Shown in pieces: positions 26,186 through 39,400 of a stretch of DNA of 64,000 nt (its first letter is position 1; every line of letters starts with the position of its first letter). Made by a program: the position numbers and the translations under genes. Source of the stretch: Bugula neritina (taxonomy: Eukaryota; Animalia; Bryozoa); NCBI GenBank assembly GCA_964035545.1, contig OZ037770.1, forward strand, positions 11,862,463 through 11,926,462. The letters run 5' to 3'. The notes below the pieces were generated by a model. That model was not told the origin of the DNA and did no database searches. It was given only the letters and a program-made list of their open reading frames with translations.

Positions 26186-29045
26186 TTAAACTAGCATTTA
26201 CTTGAAAAAAGGTCCCCAGTTAATGAGGACATGTTCTGTAGAGATTTATAGATGCTCTGTATTGAGAAATCAAATGGAAAAGATGTCTGCACAAAATCAC
26301 CACGCAGCTCTCACCATATAAAAAAGTATTAAAGTTACTAGCTTTTTTTCTAAGGGTGTTGATATTCACCTCAGAAACACCTCTCCAAAATATTTATCAG
26401 TTAGTTGCATATTCTTAGTGGTTTTTATTGCAACGGTGCCATAAATTAGCTATGGAAAGGGTCTAATTTTACCGAGCTGATACCAAGTGGCTATGCTATA
26501 AATAATAGTTTCACTAAAACTAAGATACCCTCGAGCAAATAGCCTACATTTGAATTTTTCTACAATAATATGGTGAAACTTCTTGTAGAAATTTGGCAAC
26601 ATGTAGTCCCACATTTAGAGCAAAAGCCGTTGTCAAATGGTACAACTAGTTATTTTTATCTATGATGAAAAATTTTGCTCAATAACTATTTTTAGATAAT
26701 TGCCTCATTAAAAATTATCTTCCAATAAAAAAGACCGTGGCTAAATCGTAGCTATGGTGGTAATATTTTAAACTAAATTGATATCTATAACACATTTTAA
26801 TAATTTTTCTGTGCTCACACAAATGATTCTTTTTTATTGACTTCTTTTTCACTTTATGGCATAAATTACATATAGAACCAGTGAAAAGTTCAACTTCATC
26901 ACCTCTTTGATTGTGAAAAGTTTTCAATTACTTTTATAGCGCAGAGTTAAGGAATAGAAGCTTCTAAATATGACGCCTTAAAACATTGTTAAATAAAAAA
27001 TTAACCAGGTCAGGTTGACACAGTTTAACATAAACATATAACAGAAGGCTATACAAAGAGAATAGGACTACAAGCACTATAATCGCTAATGAACTGTGAG
27101 ATGCTCATTATACGTTCCTAGACATTCTTAAACTAATTATTTCCGCATTGGTATAAACCTATACATATCTTGGCTTTTCGTTTATTTTCCCTCTTCCTCT
27201 TTTCATGTGTTGTGATAACATTCTAAGGTCATCTAAAGGTTAAGATATGCAAGGTCTTTCTTCAACTGACAGCCATTGAACGAAGCCAAAAGTTGACCAT
27301 AATTAATTGAGTTCTCCTACAAACCAATTTATTTGCCAAACATAATGAGTTCTTTGAGAGTCTTAATAATAATAATCCCTCAATTAACTAAAACATTTAT
27401 GTAAATTACACCCTACTAATAGGGATAGTTAGCCTTAATGTTTAACCATGTTCATTAGAGTTTATTTTTAAGCCTGCATATTTTCAAGGCAAATGATTGA
27501 GTGATGAGGCAAAGAAACAGTTGTTATAGTGTCTAGCAGTAGTTCAAATTTAAAACAAAAACCTTATTATACCAAAAAAAAGTTATTAGAAGTAATTTTA
27601 TCTCAAGTGATTATACATCGATAATTGATAACCAGACAAGTGATAACAATTTTCAACCAGACAACCACTCTACAAAGCTCCTTTTAATGAACTACAATTT
27701 TTTTGCAATGTTCTTTTACAAAACAAAACATCTTTTTTACCCACATATTTCAACAAGTTATGGATTTGTTTTTATAGGAAAATATCATTTTTTGCATATA
27801 ATAACTGATTACTGCAAACTGGCAATGGTTAAAGTTTTTTATAACATGTTGAACAAAATAAAAATTTCCACTATACCAAAAATGTGATATCATTTCAATA
27901 ATATGTTAATCATTAATTTGCGTTGTCAGGAAGTTTTGTGTGCGTTACAGTAAATCATGCCAGCGAAAATCCTTTCTGACGTTCATTGGCTCACGACCTG
28001 AAAACAGGTAATTTCCAGCAGCATTCTTCACGGTCTAACCTGTCAGGACTTTTTGAAGCGGATTCATTATATTCATGTGCAAGCCGGCAAAATTTTTGAC
28101 TTTGAGTGATTTGTTGTTTGAAAAATTGCATCTCACCTCTCCATTTTAGTTTTGAAAGCTTGGTATTTCAGTGTCACACCTAAATTACAGCTCTTCTAAC
28201 AAAAACAAAAGAGACTTGAAGTTATAAGAACAGGTGACAATTGCTAAAAATCATTAATTACACCTTCAGAAAGTAAGTAATGCTTTTGTCTTGTGGCAAG
28301 TTCAAACTTATCTGATCTTTACCTACTAGTCTAATTTACTGACGGACTATATAACAACTATAGTCAACACTCATCAATAGTATGTATGCATTAATAATCG
28401 CCGTGGCTGCAGTAGTTGTCATCTCTCTGTAATAAAATCAAGCAGTTGTTTTAAAATGCAATGAGTTCTTGATTTGGTTTGGTTATGTATAAATAGTCAA
28501 AATAGCTTTCAGACTATACATTTCATACATACAACATTTCTTCATCTATTAGCAAATTTTTGAATAAAAAGAAGCTTTTTACATTATAATAAGGCCAATT
28601 TCGTTACTGCAATACACAATTTAATTAGTGAAACAAAAAATATAGTGAATCAGCTTGAATTGTACAAGAATCCCATAACTGCCAGTCAGTAGCTTAAAAA
28701 CTGCCTAAAAACAGTATAATAAAAATAAGAGGAAAAACTTTGATTGCAAACAGGGTGGAAAGTTTAAAAAAAATAAATTAGGTCACCCTAATTATTTTAT
28801 AGCAAATTGTTTTGGTTAAAAAAACAATTATTACATCATTGGAGAATAAATTTACACCAAAGCAAGCTATTTAATCATTACTGAAAATTGTGCAACAAGG
28901 GATGGCATTTCCATTACTTCTGAAATATCATCAACATAATTATTTATCCGCAGAGAAGATAAAGGTGTTCACATAGCAACATAAATAAGGCCATCAATCA
29001 TATCCTAGTCAAGTTGTCATTTTGTCACTAATCAAAGTTTTTAAA

Positions 29046-29222
29046 TGATTGATTGAACCTCGAAGGCGGAGCAAAAGCATTTCCTCACACTCCACCCATC
29101 TGAAACCAAAAAAGGCGGAGCTTTACAGGTAACGGCAGAATTTAATGTGCACAAGGTGTATAAAAACTCGAACCTTTGAATCTCAAATCAGTTTCAACTC
29201 ACAGCTCATCCCAACACACAAA
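29046..29222 (+). promoter_or_regulatory. Core promoter and non-coding first exon of collagen chain C
   Basis: TGATTGAT (29046-29053), two AAGGCGGAGC GC boxes (29062-29072, 29112-29122), TATAAAA (29159-29165), initiator TCAGTT (29188-29193, A at +31 from TATA), and donor gtaagt at 29223. The acceptor lies directly before ATG 29454. Confidence 0.75.
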
Positions 29223-29453
29223 GTAAGTGGAGATCTGACTGTTAAATTGGAACTGTTTAGCAGAGCTTTTCTTAAATAGCTGTTATTTTATTACTTTAAA
29301 TCAAAGCACATTTGGTAGTAGGCAGGATTGGAATGCTTTTGATTTACATAACATAATTCTTTGGTGGTTGTCATCTTAAATTTAAATACTACTTTCTTCA
29401 AATATTGCTGCTATTTAGCTTTGTGGTTTATATACAACTTTATACAATTTTAG

Positions 29454-32400
29454 ATGAAGGGTGAAGTAGAAGTACAAAACAACAGGAATAGCCTGTGGTC
29501 TATTGGAATCGCAGTATTTGTGTTCCTTACCACATTTATCTGTGCAGTTGTCTTCTCTATCTACATCCTCAACAGAATTGATGCAGTTGAGAAAGAGGTG
29601 ATTACGGCATTTATGTTCTAGTCTTAATTTCTTAACCATTTAAAATATTCTAAAAAACATATTTTGAATTTATTTAAAGCAGCTTTTACTAGACTTTATA
29701 ACTGAAATTTTATAGTCACCTTACAAAATATTGCATAAAATATTTCATTTAAGTAGTAGATAATATAACAGCGTGTCTGTTTTAGATTGTAACCGTAAAA
29801 ATTGCAAAAGGAATAACTGGATCAGAACTTATTGAGGTAAGCATCTATATTATTATATAATGTACCATATAAATAATATAAGCTCTTACACATTTTTTAA
29901 TATAACTTGAAAACTACCTAATGTACTTAAAACTCACTTAGATATTGTAATACTTTAATGCGTGGGTAATAATTTATTGTAATATGAGAGTGATTCATTT
30001 AAAATAAAACTTGTCTATTCATTTTTATAATTATAGCATTTATACTTTAATTTACTAGACCAACACCAGAGTGAAAAGAAGCGCATCCGGATGGGGCTGT
30101 CAGACCACTTGCCCAGTCGGTCCCCCTGGACCAGCTGGCCCAAGAGGACCACAAGGGCCAAGTGCTAATGCCTGGGTTGGCAAACCAATCCCAGGTAAAT
30201 ACAAACCTAATATATTAAATTAACCAACTTTAAAATGCTGAAAGCAATAACTATTTTAAAATCTTTTTTTATAATCCTTACAGTATATTTTTGATTTGAA
30301 TTTTTTATGCTGCTGCCAATTTTAAATATTTTAAATATTTTCTGCAATAATACTAAAATATGCATGATTTTTTAAAAACACAATTAAATACGAATTTTTT
30401 GCCATAATTTTAAACTACAGATATGCTTCATTTAGAATGTTGGGGCAGAGAAATCAACTTAGGTTCTCATGTCAGCATATAGATAAATGTTGTAATAATT
30501 AATGGGAATGTACTCGATGTGAATTAATAATATATTGAAATACAACAAACGCATGCCAATTCAATTTGCAAAGAATAAATTATTTTTTGTGGTCAAAATA
30601 ATATGATAAAATCACTTCCCACATTTCCCATTGTTTGCTAGATTAATGTGATTAAGGGCATGGCATCTAATTAAAGAGTGTCTCTCACTAAATGTGAACT
30701 TTGTTTTAATAGGACCAGTAGGACCCAAGGGAGACAGAGGACTGCCAGGTCCACATGGACCAGTTGGTGTTATGGGCCAAAAGGGTCAACGTGGAGCTGA
30801 TGGCATGGGAGCACCTGGCCGACCCGGTGATAAGGGAGACCGTGGTCTACCCGGAACACCAGGATATGGTAGTGTTGGAGAGAAGGGAGACAAAGGACCA
30901 CGAGGATACTCAGGTAAAATAAGTCTTTTGATAGAATTTAAATAATGCCTATTAACATATTGCAGTGATATAAACAGTGTTACATTTTGCTAAAATAATT
31001 TCTTTATGGTGCATACTTAGTGAAGGGTTCTTTGGTATCATTTCAGGTCGTGATGGAGTTCCAGGAGCCAAGGGAGATAGAGGTGCACCATCTAAGATTC
31101 CCGGTGCACCAGGAGGTGAAGGACCAAAGGGTGACCGTGGTCCTGCTGGAAAACCTGGCTACCCAGGAGCCAAAGGTGAGCCAGGCACACCTGGTTATGG
31201 AGGCCCTGGAGCTAAGGGAGATGCCGGAAAACCTGGAGTTCCAGGCCGTGATGGTCCCAAAGGAGATAGAGGTCCTGCTCATATTGGAGCAAAGGGTCAC
31301 CCTGGTAAAGATGGCATTCCCGGATACCCAGGAGCTAAAGGTGAGCCAGGATATGGTGGACCTGGACCAAAGGGAGACCGTGGTGCTCCAGGATATGCTG
31401 GTGCCCCAGGTGTTGGCGTAAAGGGAGATATTGGCCCCGCTGGTGCTCCTGGACCTAAGGGAGATAGAGGTGGTTCATACAGAGGTCCTCCAGGACCAGC
31501 TGGAGAGAAGGGAGACAGAGGATACAATGGTGCACCCGGAATGAAGGGACCAGCTGGATACCCAGGACCAAAGGGAGAGCCAGGCAAGGATGGATATGGA
31601 GCACCAGGTGCTAAGGGAGATAAGGGACCACGTGGATATCCAGGTAAAGCAGGAGTTGGACTACCCGGTGCCAAGGGAGACCGCGGATACAATGGACTGC
31701 CAGGTGGACCAGGACCTAAGGGAGATAGAGGAGCACCAGGACATGGAAGCAATGTTCCAGGACCCAAGGGTGACAGAGGATACCCAGGCCCAATTGGCAA
31801 ACCAGGATACCCCGGAGCTAAGGGAGAACCAGGCGATGCTGGAGTTCCAGGCTATGTGAGTAGTATTTAAAATCAGTAGTTTCTGAAGCTATTTTAATGT
31901 TTCATTACTCAGCTTGTAAATATGATGATGTTACAATGATATGAATATGTGATGTGATGATAAATTCCCTTTTTAGGGAGCACCAGGAGAGAAGGGAGAA
32001 CCAGGAAAGCCAGGATACAGAGGACCACCTGGACCAGCAGGAGAACCAGGTGTAGGACTCCCAGGAGCTAAGGGAGATCGCGGATATCCAGGAAGAACTG
32101 GCCCACAAGGACCCAAGGGACATCCAGGATATGGAGCACCAGGTATGCATCTAAAGTACCACTACATTTTCCAAGTTGAACAATTCTATTGAAAATTGAA
32201 AGCTATATATTCTATGTGAAAATAATAACAATGTTTATGTGTCTAAACTTGTAGGCCCACAAGGACCCCCAGGACCAAAGGGACCAGCAGGATACGGTGC
32301 CAAAGGAGAGCCAGGTGTACCAGGATATGGCCGACCTGGAGCTAAAGGTTAGTTAAATACTCTCACAACTTTTCATCAACATCATGTTCCATAGGAAGAC

Positions 32401-32567
32401 ATAAAACAATTACTTATTTAGTGCACATAAGTATCTCTGTAAACCTTTTGTTATGTACGTCTCTCTAACACGGGCTTTGATTTTCAGGTCATCCCGGACC
32501 ACCAGGACCACCAGGCCACCCCGGCCCAGCTGGAGAGCCAGGAGCATCTAGCTCATGGAGCGGTTAA
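29454..32567 (+). CDS. Type II transmembrane (MACIT-like / cuticle-collagen-like) interrupted collagen, chain C, 559 aa
   Basis: 8 GT-AG exons: 29454-29597, 29786-29836, 30059-30194, 30713-30913, 31047-31855, 31977-32142, 32255-32347, 32488-32567, totalling 1680 nt in frame. Translation [88 protein letters not shown]...[14 protein letters not shown] at 32822-32827. Confidence 0.94.
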
Positions 32568-33778
32568 TCTCGTCACACAGTAGAACTACCCAGTTGAATG
32601 TACAAAATCACAGTCTACACCTGAACACATCAGAGTCATGTATAATGATAAGCAATGGCACCATCTCATTTTCTGCTTTGAAAACTGTCTCTGCTATCCG
32701 CATGATAATTACTTATTAAACTCTTGAACAGGATTGTGGCATATATTTTGCATATTCAACTTGGTATGGTTTAAGTTTTATGTGCACCAAGCGCTAACAT
32801 TATAAAAACACAAAAGTGACCAATAAATATGAATTTTTGCTCATTTTTTTAAGAGTGTCTTGAATATTTATTGGCTTGGGCTGGTTTCACAATTATAAGT
32901 TGACTTGAAAATATACATTTGATTATTGCTGACAGTTGAACTAGTTTAGTTGCAATGAGTTGCTGGACATCAATTCTTTGCTCTGTTTTTTTAGGTTTTA
33001 CATCTTAATGGTTACTCGAGATATAATTTTTTACAAGTTGTTGAATATGTTGTTGTTTACAATCAACTTTATAATAAAACAATTAATGTTTTATGGAGCT
33101 CGACATCTTGTCTGTCATCTTGTCTACATATAACAATAATAACTTATTAAAACTAGAAAGTAATTATTTAGCAAAGAAGAACATTATAAATTCATCGAAG
33201 CTACCATGACAAGCAATATGTGGATATAAATATTTTGTCAAAATTTTCAAAATTGTTTTCCAGCAAATTTTAGAAGATACATATATCAAAATATGCTATT
33301 TGGCAGCAAATTGACTTCATTGAATCAATTTGAAAATAGAAATTACTGAAACTAAATGGCATAATAAAAGAAAAATATTACTTAGCTGCCAAAATTAAGA
33401 CTAAGCACCAATAAAACTATATTGAAACTAAAATATTTTAGATTAATTGACATTGTGGATGGGAATTGAAAGTATTGACAGGAAATAAATCAGCAATGAT
33501 GGCTATCGTGGTGTCACAATATTAATATATCACGTATATACAGCATGGCACATGTAGCCATATTGTGATATTGTATAGATATTTAACAAACTCATGACTA
33601 CAAATTCTTATGCAAATGTTCTGAATTAGTTAGTCTTATTGTGGAATATTATGTATAATCTAATTGTAAGGGTCAGTTTGTTGTGCAAATTTTATTATAC
33701 AAATTCCAAGACCAGTTTTAGACTGCAGTATGTGTGATGTTTTTATAATGAGCTGCTAGAAGAATAAAATCATGCTTT

Positions 33779-33782
<4 letters not shown>

Positions 33783-33866
<84 letters not shown>

Positions 33867-33898
33867 TATATTTATATATATATATTTATATATATATA
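33783..33898. repeat. (TA)n microsatellite
   Basis: Direct inspection. Confidence 0.95.
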
Positions 33899-36276
33899 CT
33901 TTGTAGATACAAAAATTTAAACCAATCTACTATAAAGCTAATTGATGTTTGTCAAAATGAAAAACTAACTGCATTGGTTGACTTAAAAAATTCTGTGTGT
34001 TTAAATTTCGATTGGCTGTGTCACTATTATATCTACAAATTTGCCTTTTTGATCATCAAATTTGCGGTTTCGAGGCACTCGAGGTAGCCAAATCAAATGC
34101 TACACCGGCACACCACCCTTGCATTGCTCATCTTTTTCTGTTTTTTTAGCAAACCTACATCACTGGATTCAACTTATCTAATGCATTTATTTTAATGTGA
34201 AAAATTATCTTAAATATTACCTCCATTAAAATTGCAATTATTGAATAATAGGTATCACATTATTTCTGCAATTAGGGTTCTAAGAATATGTTTATTTTTG
34301 CTTCTTTGGCTTACAACAAAACTGCTTGATGTATTTGGCTGCGCTATTTAGTTCCTGAAAAATAATATTTGTAAAAGTCATAATCCTTTTGAAAAGTGCA
34401 AATCAAAATTATTTAATCTACAATACTAGGTTCACTCAGCTATTATAAGCAGCGCACAGTACTGGGACTTGAAATCACGTATATAACAAACTTATACATG
34501 CATGAATATTGTGTACACTGCAATTTGTAGGCCACTAGCTGTTAAGTTTGCCTTACATTTATAGCTCTGAAACTATATATATGCATGGCGCAATTACCAT
34601 AGAGTCACAAATTTAACATTCAATGAAAATACGTACTATAGTCAGTGAAGTGTAATAAAACATAATTATAGAGATTCAGATATTTGCTAATGTTAGGGCG
34701 TCTATAGAACAAGAAGAAATGCCCAAGGAGTTGTCTTTCAATAAAGCACTTGTGCATTTTCTATTGTCGGAAACACGTGATTTAAAGGGGTGGAGATAAT
34801 AATCGGGAAGAATATCCGGATGCAATACTTAACAATTTATGGGAAAAAGTAAGAAAAACTTGGTTATATAATAGTCAATTGATCATTAATGATTATAAAT
34901 TGATTCCACTCTTGTCAAACTAATGAATTTGTGGGTATGAAATCAAGCAATATATAACTTTCAAAATGATGTTAAAAATCGACCACAGTCGTAATCGAAT
35001 CATTATGATACTGATAATCATAATGATTATCATTTTGATTTTGATCATCATGAGACTGAGTATCGTTATTAATATTATTTTCCATATTCAAAGTAATTTT
35101 GATATTCAGATCGTCATTGAGATTGTCATTGACTCAATTATTGATATTTAATTTGATATTCAAAACTCAAAAGTGAGATATAACATCAATATGAATATGT
35201 TATATGTAATCACTAATTGTATGTTAATGTTAATGCTGAATTTCACTTTTGTGCTTCAGTTTGGATTTCATTTTAAATTTCAATTCGGTTGAACTTGATA
35301 ATATCTGAATAAGAATTAGAAATTCAAATAGCTGACTAATACTTAAGCTGTGATTTAGATTTTCGTTTATAATTTCTTGTTTTCATAAATTTAAATTAAA
35401 ATGATTAAAATTAGGAGATATATAATGATTTGAACACATGTGCATGCAATGATTACGATGCTGGTGATAAAACTAAAACTAAATTAGTAACTTTAATCAT
35501 TAACGAATCAGATTAATTCAAGTTATAGTACTAGTAGAGGTAAATCTAAAAGTAAATGGAATAAGGATAGTTTATTAGCTATACTGATAAATTTAAGTAT
35601 AAGAAAAGAAACTTAAATGTGGTATTGTTTATAAATTTGTTATTACAAATAAAAAGTAGTATCAATATAAATATAAATATCATTAAGTTATTAAATTAAA
35701 TTATGTTGATATTTAGTAAAATTTCAAAATTTTTACATTTTACTGCATAATAACAAAACTCTGAACTATCTGGTAATATTTGAGTATCATGGTGATGATG
35801 TAATAATTCTGTTAATCAAGATTTGCAGTCAAAATCAACTGTATTTCTAGAAAAGATTTTATCTCCTCTCGACTGTGATGTATCATATCAAGGTTATGGC
35901 CTCTTTTGTTAAATCATATGCAATATAAAGTTTAAAAAGTATTTGAGTTACTGAAACCAATTTGTGATCATTCAGACTATATCTGTCACTGTACAAGTAG
36001 TTTCTAATTTAAATACAGGTACACGACTACTCGCAACGAAATTATCTTATAAAAAGACCATTTATTTAAGTACATGTAAATATATTTTAACAACATGACC
36101 CACATATTGAAACGTTCATCATTATAGACAGCTAATTTACTAATTTATAGCAATTAATTTCAAAGTATTTCATCTTAAAAATATAAAGGATAGGTTATAG
36201 CAGTTAATGTTACTCCGTCTAGGTCGTTCTATGTCTATCTCTTCTACAGTTACTATTTAGCACCTTAAAAAAGCTC

Positions 36277-36483
36277 ACGCAAGTTTATAGTCGCTGTCTC
36301 TATGAGAAATCCCTGATGGAAAGGGTTTTTGTTAAATTGGGTTAAGGACTTTTTCAGATGAGGCACAGGAGCAATTATGACTGGATGCTCTTCCTAACAC
36401 CACCAATGGCCTTTGTCAGGTTCGAACCCATGACTTCATGTTCACTAAGCAAACGCTCTAACCCTTAGACCACGGCTACTCCT
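36277..36483 (-). mobile_element. tRNA-derived SINE, family 1 (best preserved copy)
   Basis: Reverse complement reads GGAGTAGCCGTGGTCTAAGGGTTAGAGCG (A box)...GGTTCGAACC (B box)...GGTGGTGTTAGGAAGAGCATCCAGTCATAATTGCTCCTGTGCC...CATAGAGACAGCGACTATAAACTTGCGTG. Confidence 0.85.
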
Positions 36484-39400
36484 TACTTACTACTTTTGAT
36501 AATAGTCGTGTGTGATCTGTTTTCATGCTGGCTTTAATTTTTACAAAGGAAGGCCATAGTTTGTTTCATCGTTTTTCATTTATTCCTTTTGGTATACACC
36601 TGAAGTCTTTCTACAGGGCGAGATTATTTTTAGTATCATTTCAACAGTTGATTCATTTGAATACCTTTTTATGTAAAACTTTTGTTCTCCCCTTTCTGTT
36701 TCATTAGATATCATTACATTCACTGACACATAAATTACTTTTATTTGCCTAACCTCTCAGGTATTCTACATTTGTGGTAGTTGAAAATTGGGCTGATGTT
36801 AATATCTGAATAAGTTTGCCAATAAGATTTGCTATTTTCAACTCTATGGGGTGTGCCTGTATAAATTTGTCTGATCAACTTCCTTATGTTTTATTAATTA
36901 TCCATAATTATGGATACTTAAGTTGTTGGATAGAAAATTAGGGCTCAACTGTTTTAATGTGGCTTATTTTTGGTGAAGGGTGGCGATGTTGTAAAATCAA
37001 TTTTGCTGTCATCTTAAGCAGTTTGCCAACATTCCAACGGAAAACCAATTTCCATGCAGTTGAAAACAGTTATAAAATAAATTTTTCATATTCCTAGTCA
37101 GATTAGGCTATAATTACAATATTATTAGCTGTAAGTGTGATAATTGCCTAAAATAGACTTCTTAGGGTCAAAAATTGAACGAAAATCAAAATTTGCATAG
37201 CTCATTGTGCATTGCACTTGTTTCTTAAATGTGCAGCAAGTTCCTATATAATTTTTCAAAGAACACTGAAAAACAGATTCAAGCTTTGCTTTTAATTAAG
37301 AAATATTAATTTCTAGTTTTTGATTAATTTTTCTTGCATTTATTTCTGTATTATAATGGAAATGGTCTACATGGAATTTGGTTTATTTTACGTATTCTTA
37401 CTTTTTGTAAGTGTGATGCATGTTACCACTTATTTTTCTGAGGCAAGTCTTAATGATTCTTAAATTTACTGGTCTCCTTGTTTTTATATTTTGAGACTGA
37501 AGGTGTGAGCTATAGCATTAAAAAATTCTGCAGAAATCAAGATGTACATACTACAAGTTTTTGCCTCTTTCAATATATATGTCGGCAACTTCATGGTCGT
37601 AAAATCCAAAATTTAATGGTCTGATAATGGAAATGCCTCTAATTGTTTTGAGGAACTAAAATGTTTGTCATATTTGGTATTTCTGTGTTCAAACTTTGTA
37701 TCAGAGCTTGTAGTGCCTTGTTTTATTCACTGCTTGACCTCTACACAGCTGTTTTTGTACTGATATCTATTTTTCACGTGACTGGTATTTACCAGCACTT
37801 TCTGCTCTGTTTATATTTTTAACAGTAAACTGAAAAGCTTTTTTTTCAAAGTATGTGAGAACTCAAACTCAGTTGATTCTCTTAGTCAACATATTGAAAC
37901 CTGCATTAAAGAAATTTGATGTTATTCTATTTTAGTAAATTTTCAAGTTTCATTTTCATTAGTCAATAGCCTCCAACTTGTTTAACTTCTTGAGCTAGGC
38001 TTACTATTTCCTTTTCAGCTGCTAAACGTGCTCTGATATTTCTATTATAGTAACTCATTAAGCTCATCTTTAAACAATTCAGCTGCCTATTTAGGCTAAT
38101 TGCTGCCAATACTATTATGTAATTAACTGGAATGTACCTGGCTCTCTTGCATACATCTGATCTATTATCTATTTGCTAAGCAGGTAGTCTTCTGTTAGCT
38201 ACTTTCTTTGGAGTTCAATCTATTTTCTTCTCGACTCACTTTTCCTGCATAACTAGAATAGCATAATTTTTATTTGTGATCGGTTTTGTAGTGAAGAAAT
38301 TCATCCCATTGACTATATTAAAATTACTTGTTTTAAATGGTTAGTATTGATTTTTTCGATTTCATGTTTTTCAAATTCTGGGTGTGCATACTGGTCTATA
38401 AATGAGCTTTTTAAATTTTTTTTTTTTCTTAGAACTTAACACCAAATCTGAGAAAAATCTCCAGGGCCAAGTTATAAAAGTGCAGTTATTTTTTTGTTAA
38501 TATTTGCAGTTGTTTATTCAGCTCTAATCTCTTTAACCTAGCTCAGGATCTATAATTTTCTTTATGTATGTTGTTGCCCATGTGTTGTTTAGGGGTGGTC
38601 TTAATTTTGAATTAGCACCGTTGAAGTCATATGGAATATTTTCCTTTGATCTTGAATAATGATCATGTATCGACTTCATCTGTCCCACTCATTTAATTTA
38701 TTCCTCTATTATGCTTGTACCCTGTTGGCTCATTGTTTTTTCTACTGACCCAAGTTCAACATCCGTTCAAATGGCAGTTGTCATGGTGGAGTTATAAGAG
38801 GTTTCACCAAATGACTGTATATATTTCATATAAGCTGCCAAAGTTCTTTTTGAGTCAGTGCACGTTGTCATGGCTGCCTGCAGCCCATCTCTCATTTATT
38901 TATAAAGTAATACTTCAGGAACTAAAGTCTGGCTGTCATGTTACAAGTACATTATATTATAAACTTTCAACCATACGCCTCTCAATTATTAGTTCAGCTG
39001 TAAAGAATAACAGATTTCTGTTTAATGTATTCTATCAACATGACGTCAGGTAGCTTCTGTAGTTTTTATCCTGCACTCATTCATGATCTGTAATCAACTA
39101 TTACTATACTTAGTCTGCTGATGAATTGGTGGAAGATATTTATGGCTTGCCGCAACTTATAAATCCTTATCATAAGTATCTACTTCTTGGCTGAAAATCA
39201 GTCAAGTTCAACCCAATGATTTAGTCGAGCTGAGATTTTTATTAATATGAAGCTAAATATAGCTGCTACAAAACATGGGAATTATCTTTTCCGCAAAAGA
39301 TAGATTAATCTAACTCTTACTTTCATGAATTTTTGATGTATTCAAAACTTGTTCTATTACTGCAGTTCTCATGAAAATTCATAATAGCTTTATGCAAAAA

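Noticed and set aside
31020-32150. Antisense and off-frame ORFs over collagen exons (e.g. 31297-31800 minus, 7320-7508 plus)
   Set aside because: Shadow ORFs caused by GGN-CCN codon periodicity, with no independent evidence.
34966-35151. Ile-rich hydrophobic 61-aa ORF
   Set aside because: Arises from low-complexity 6-bp periodic AT-rich sequence, with no splice or homology support.
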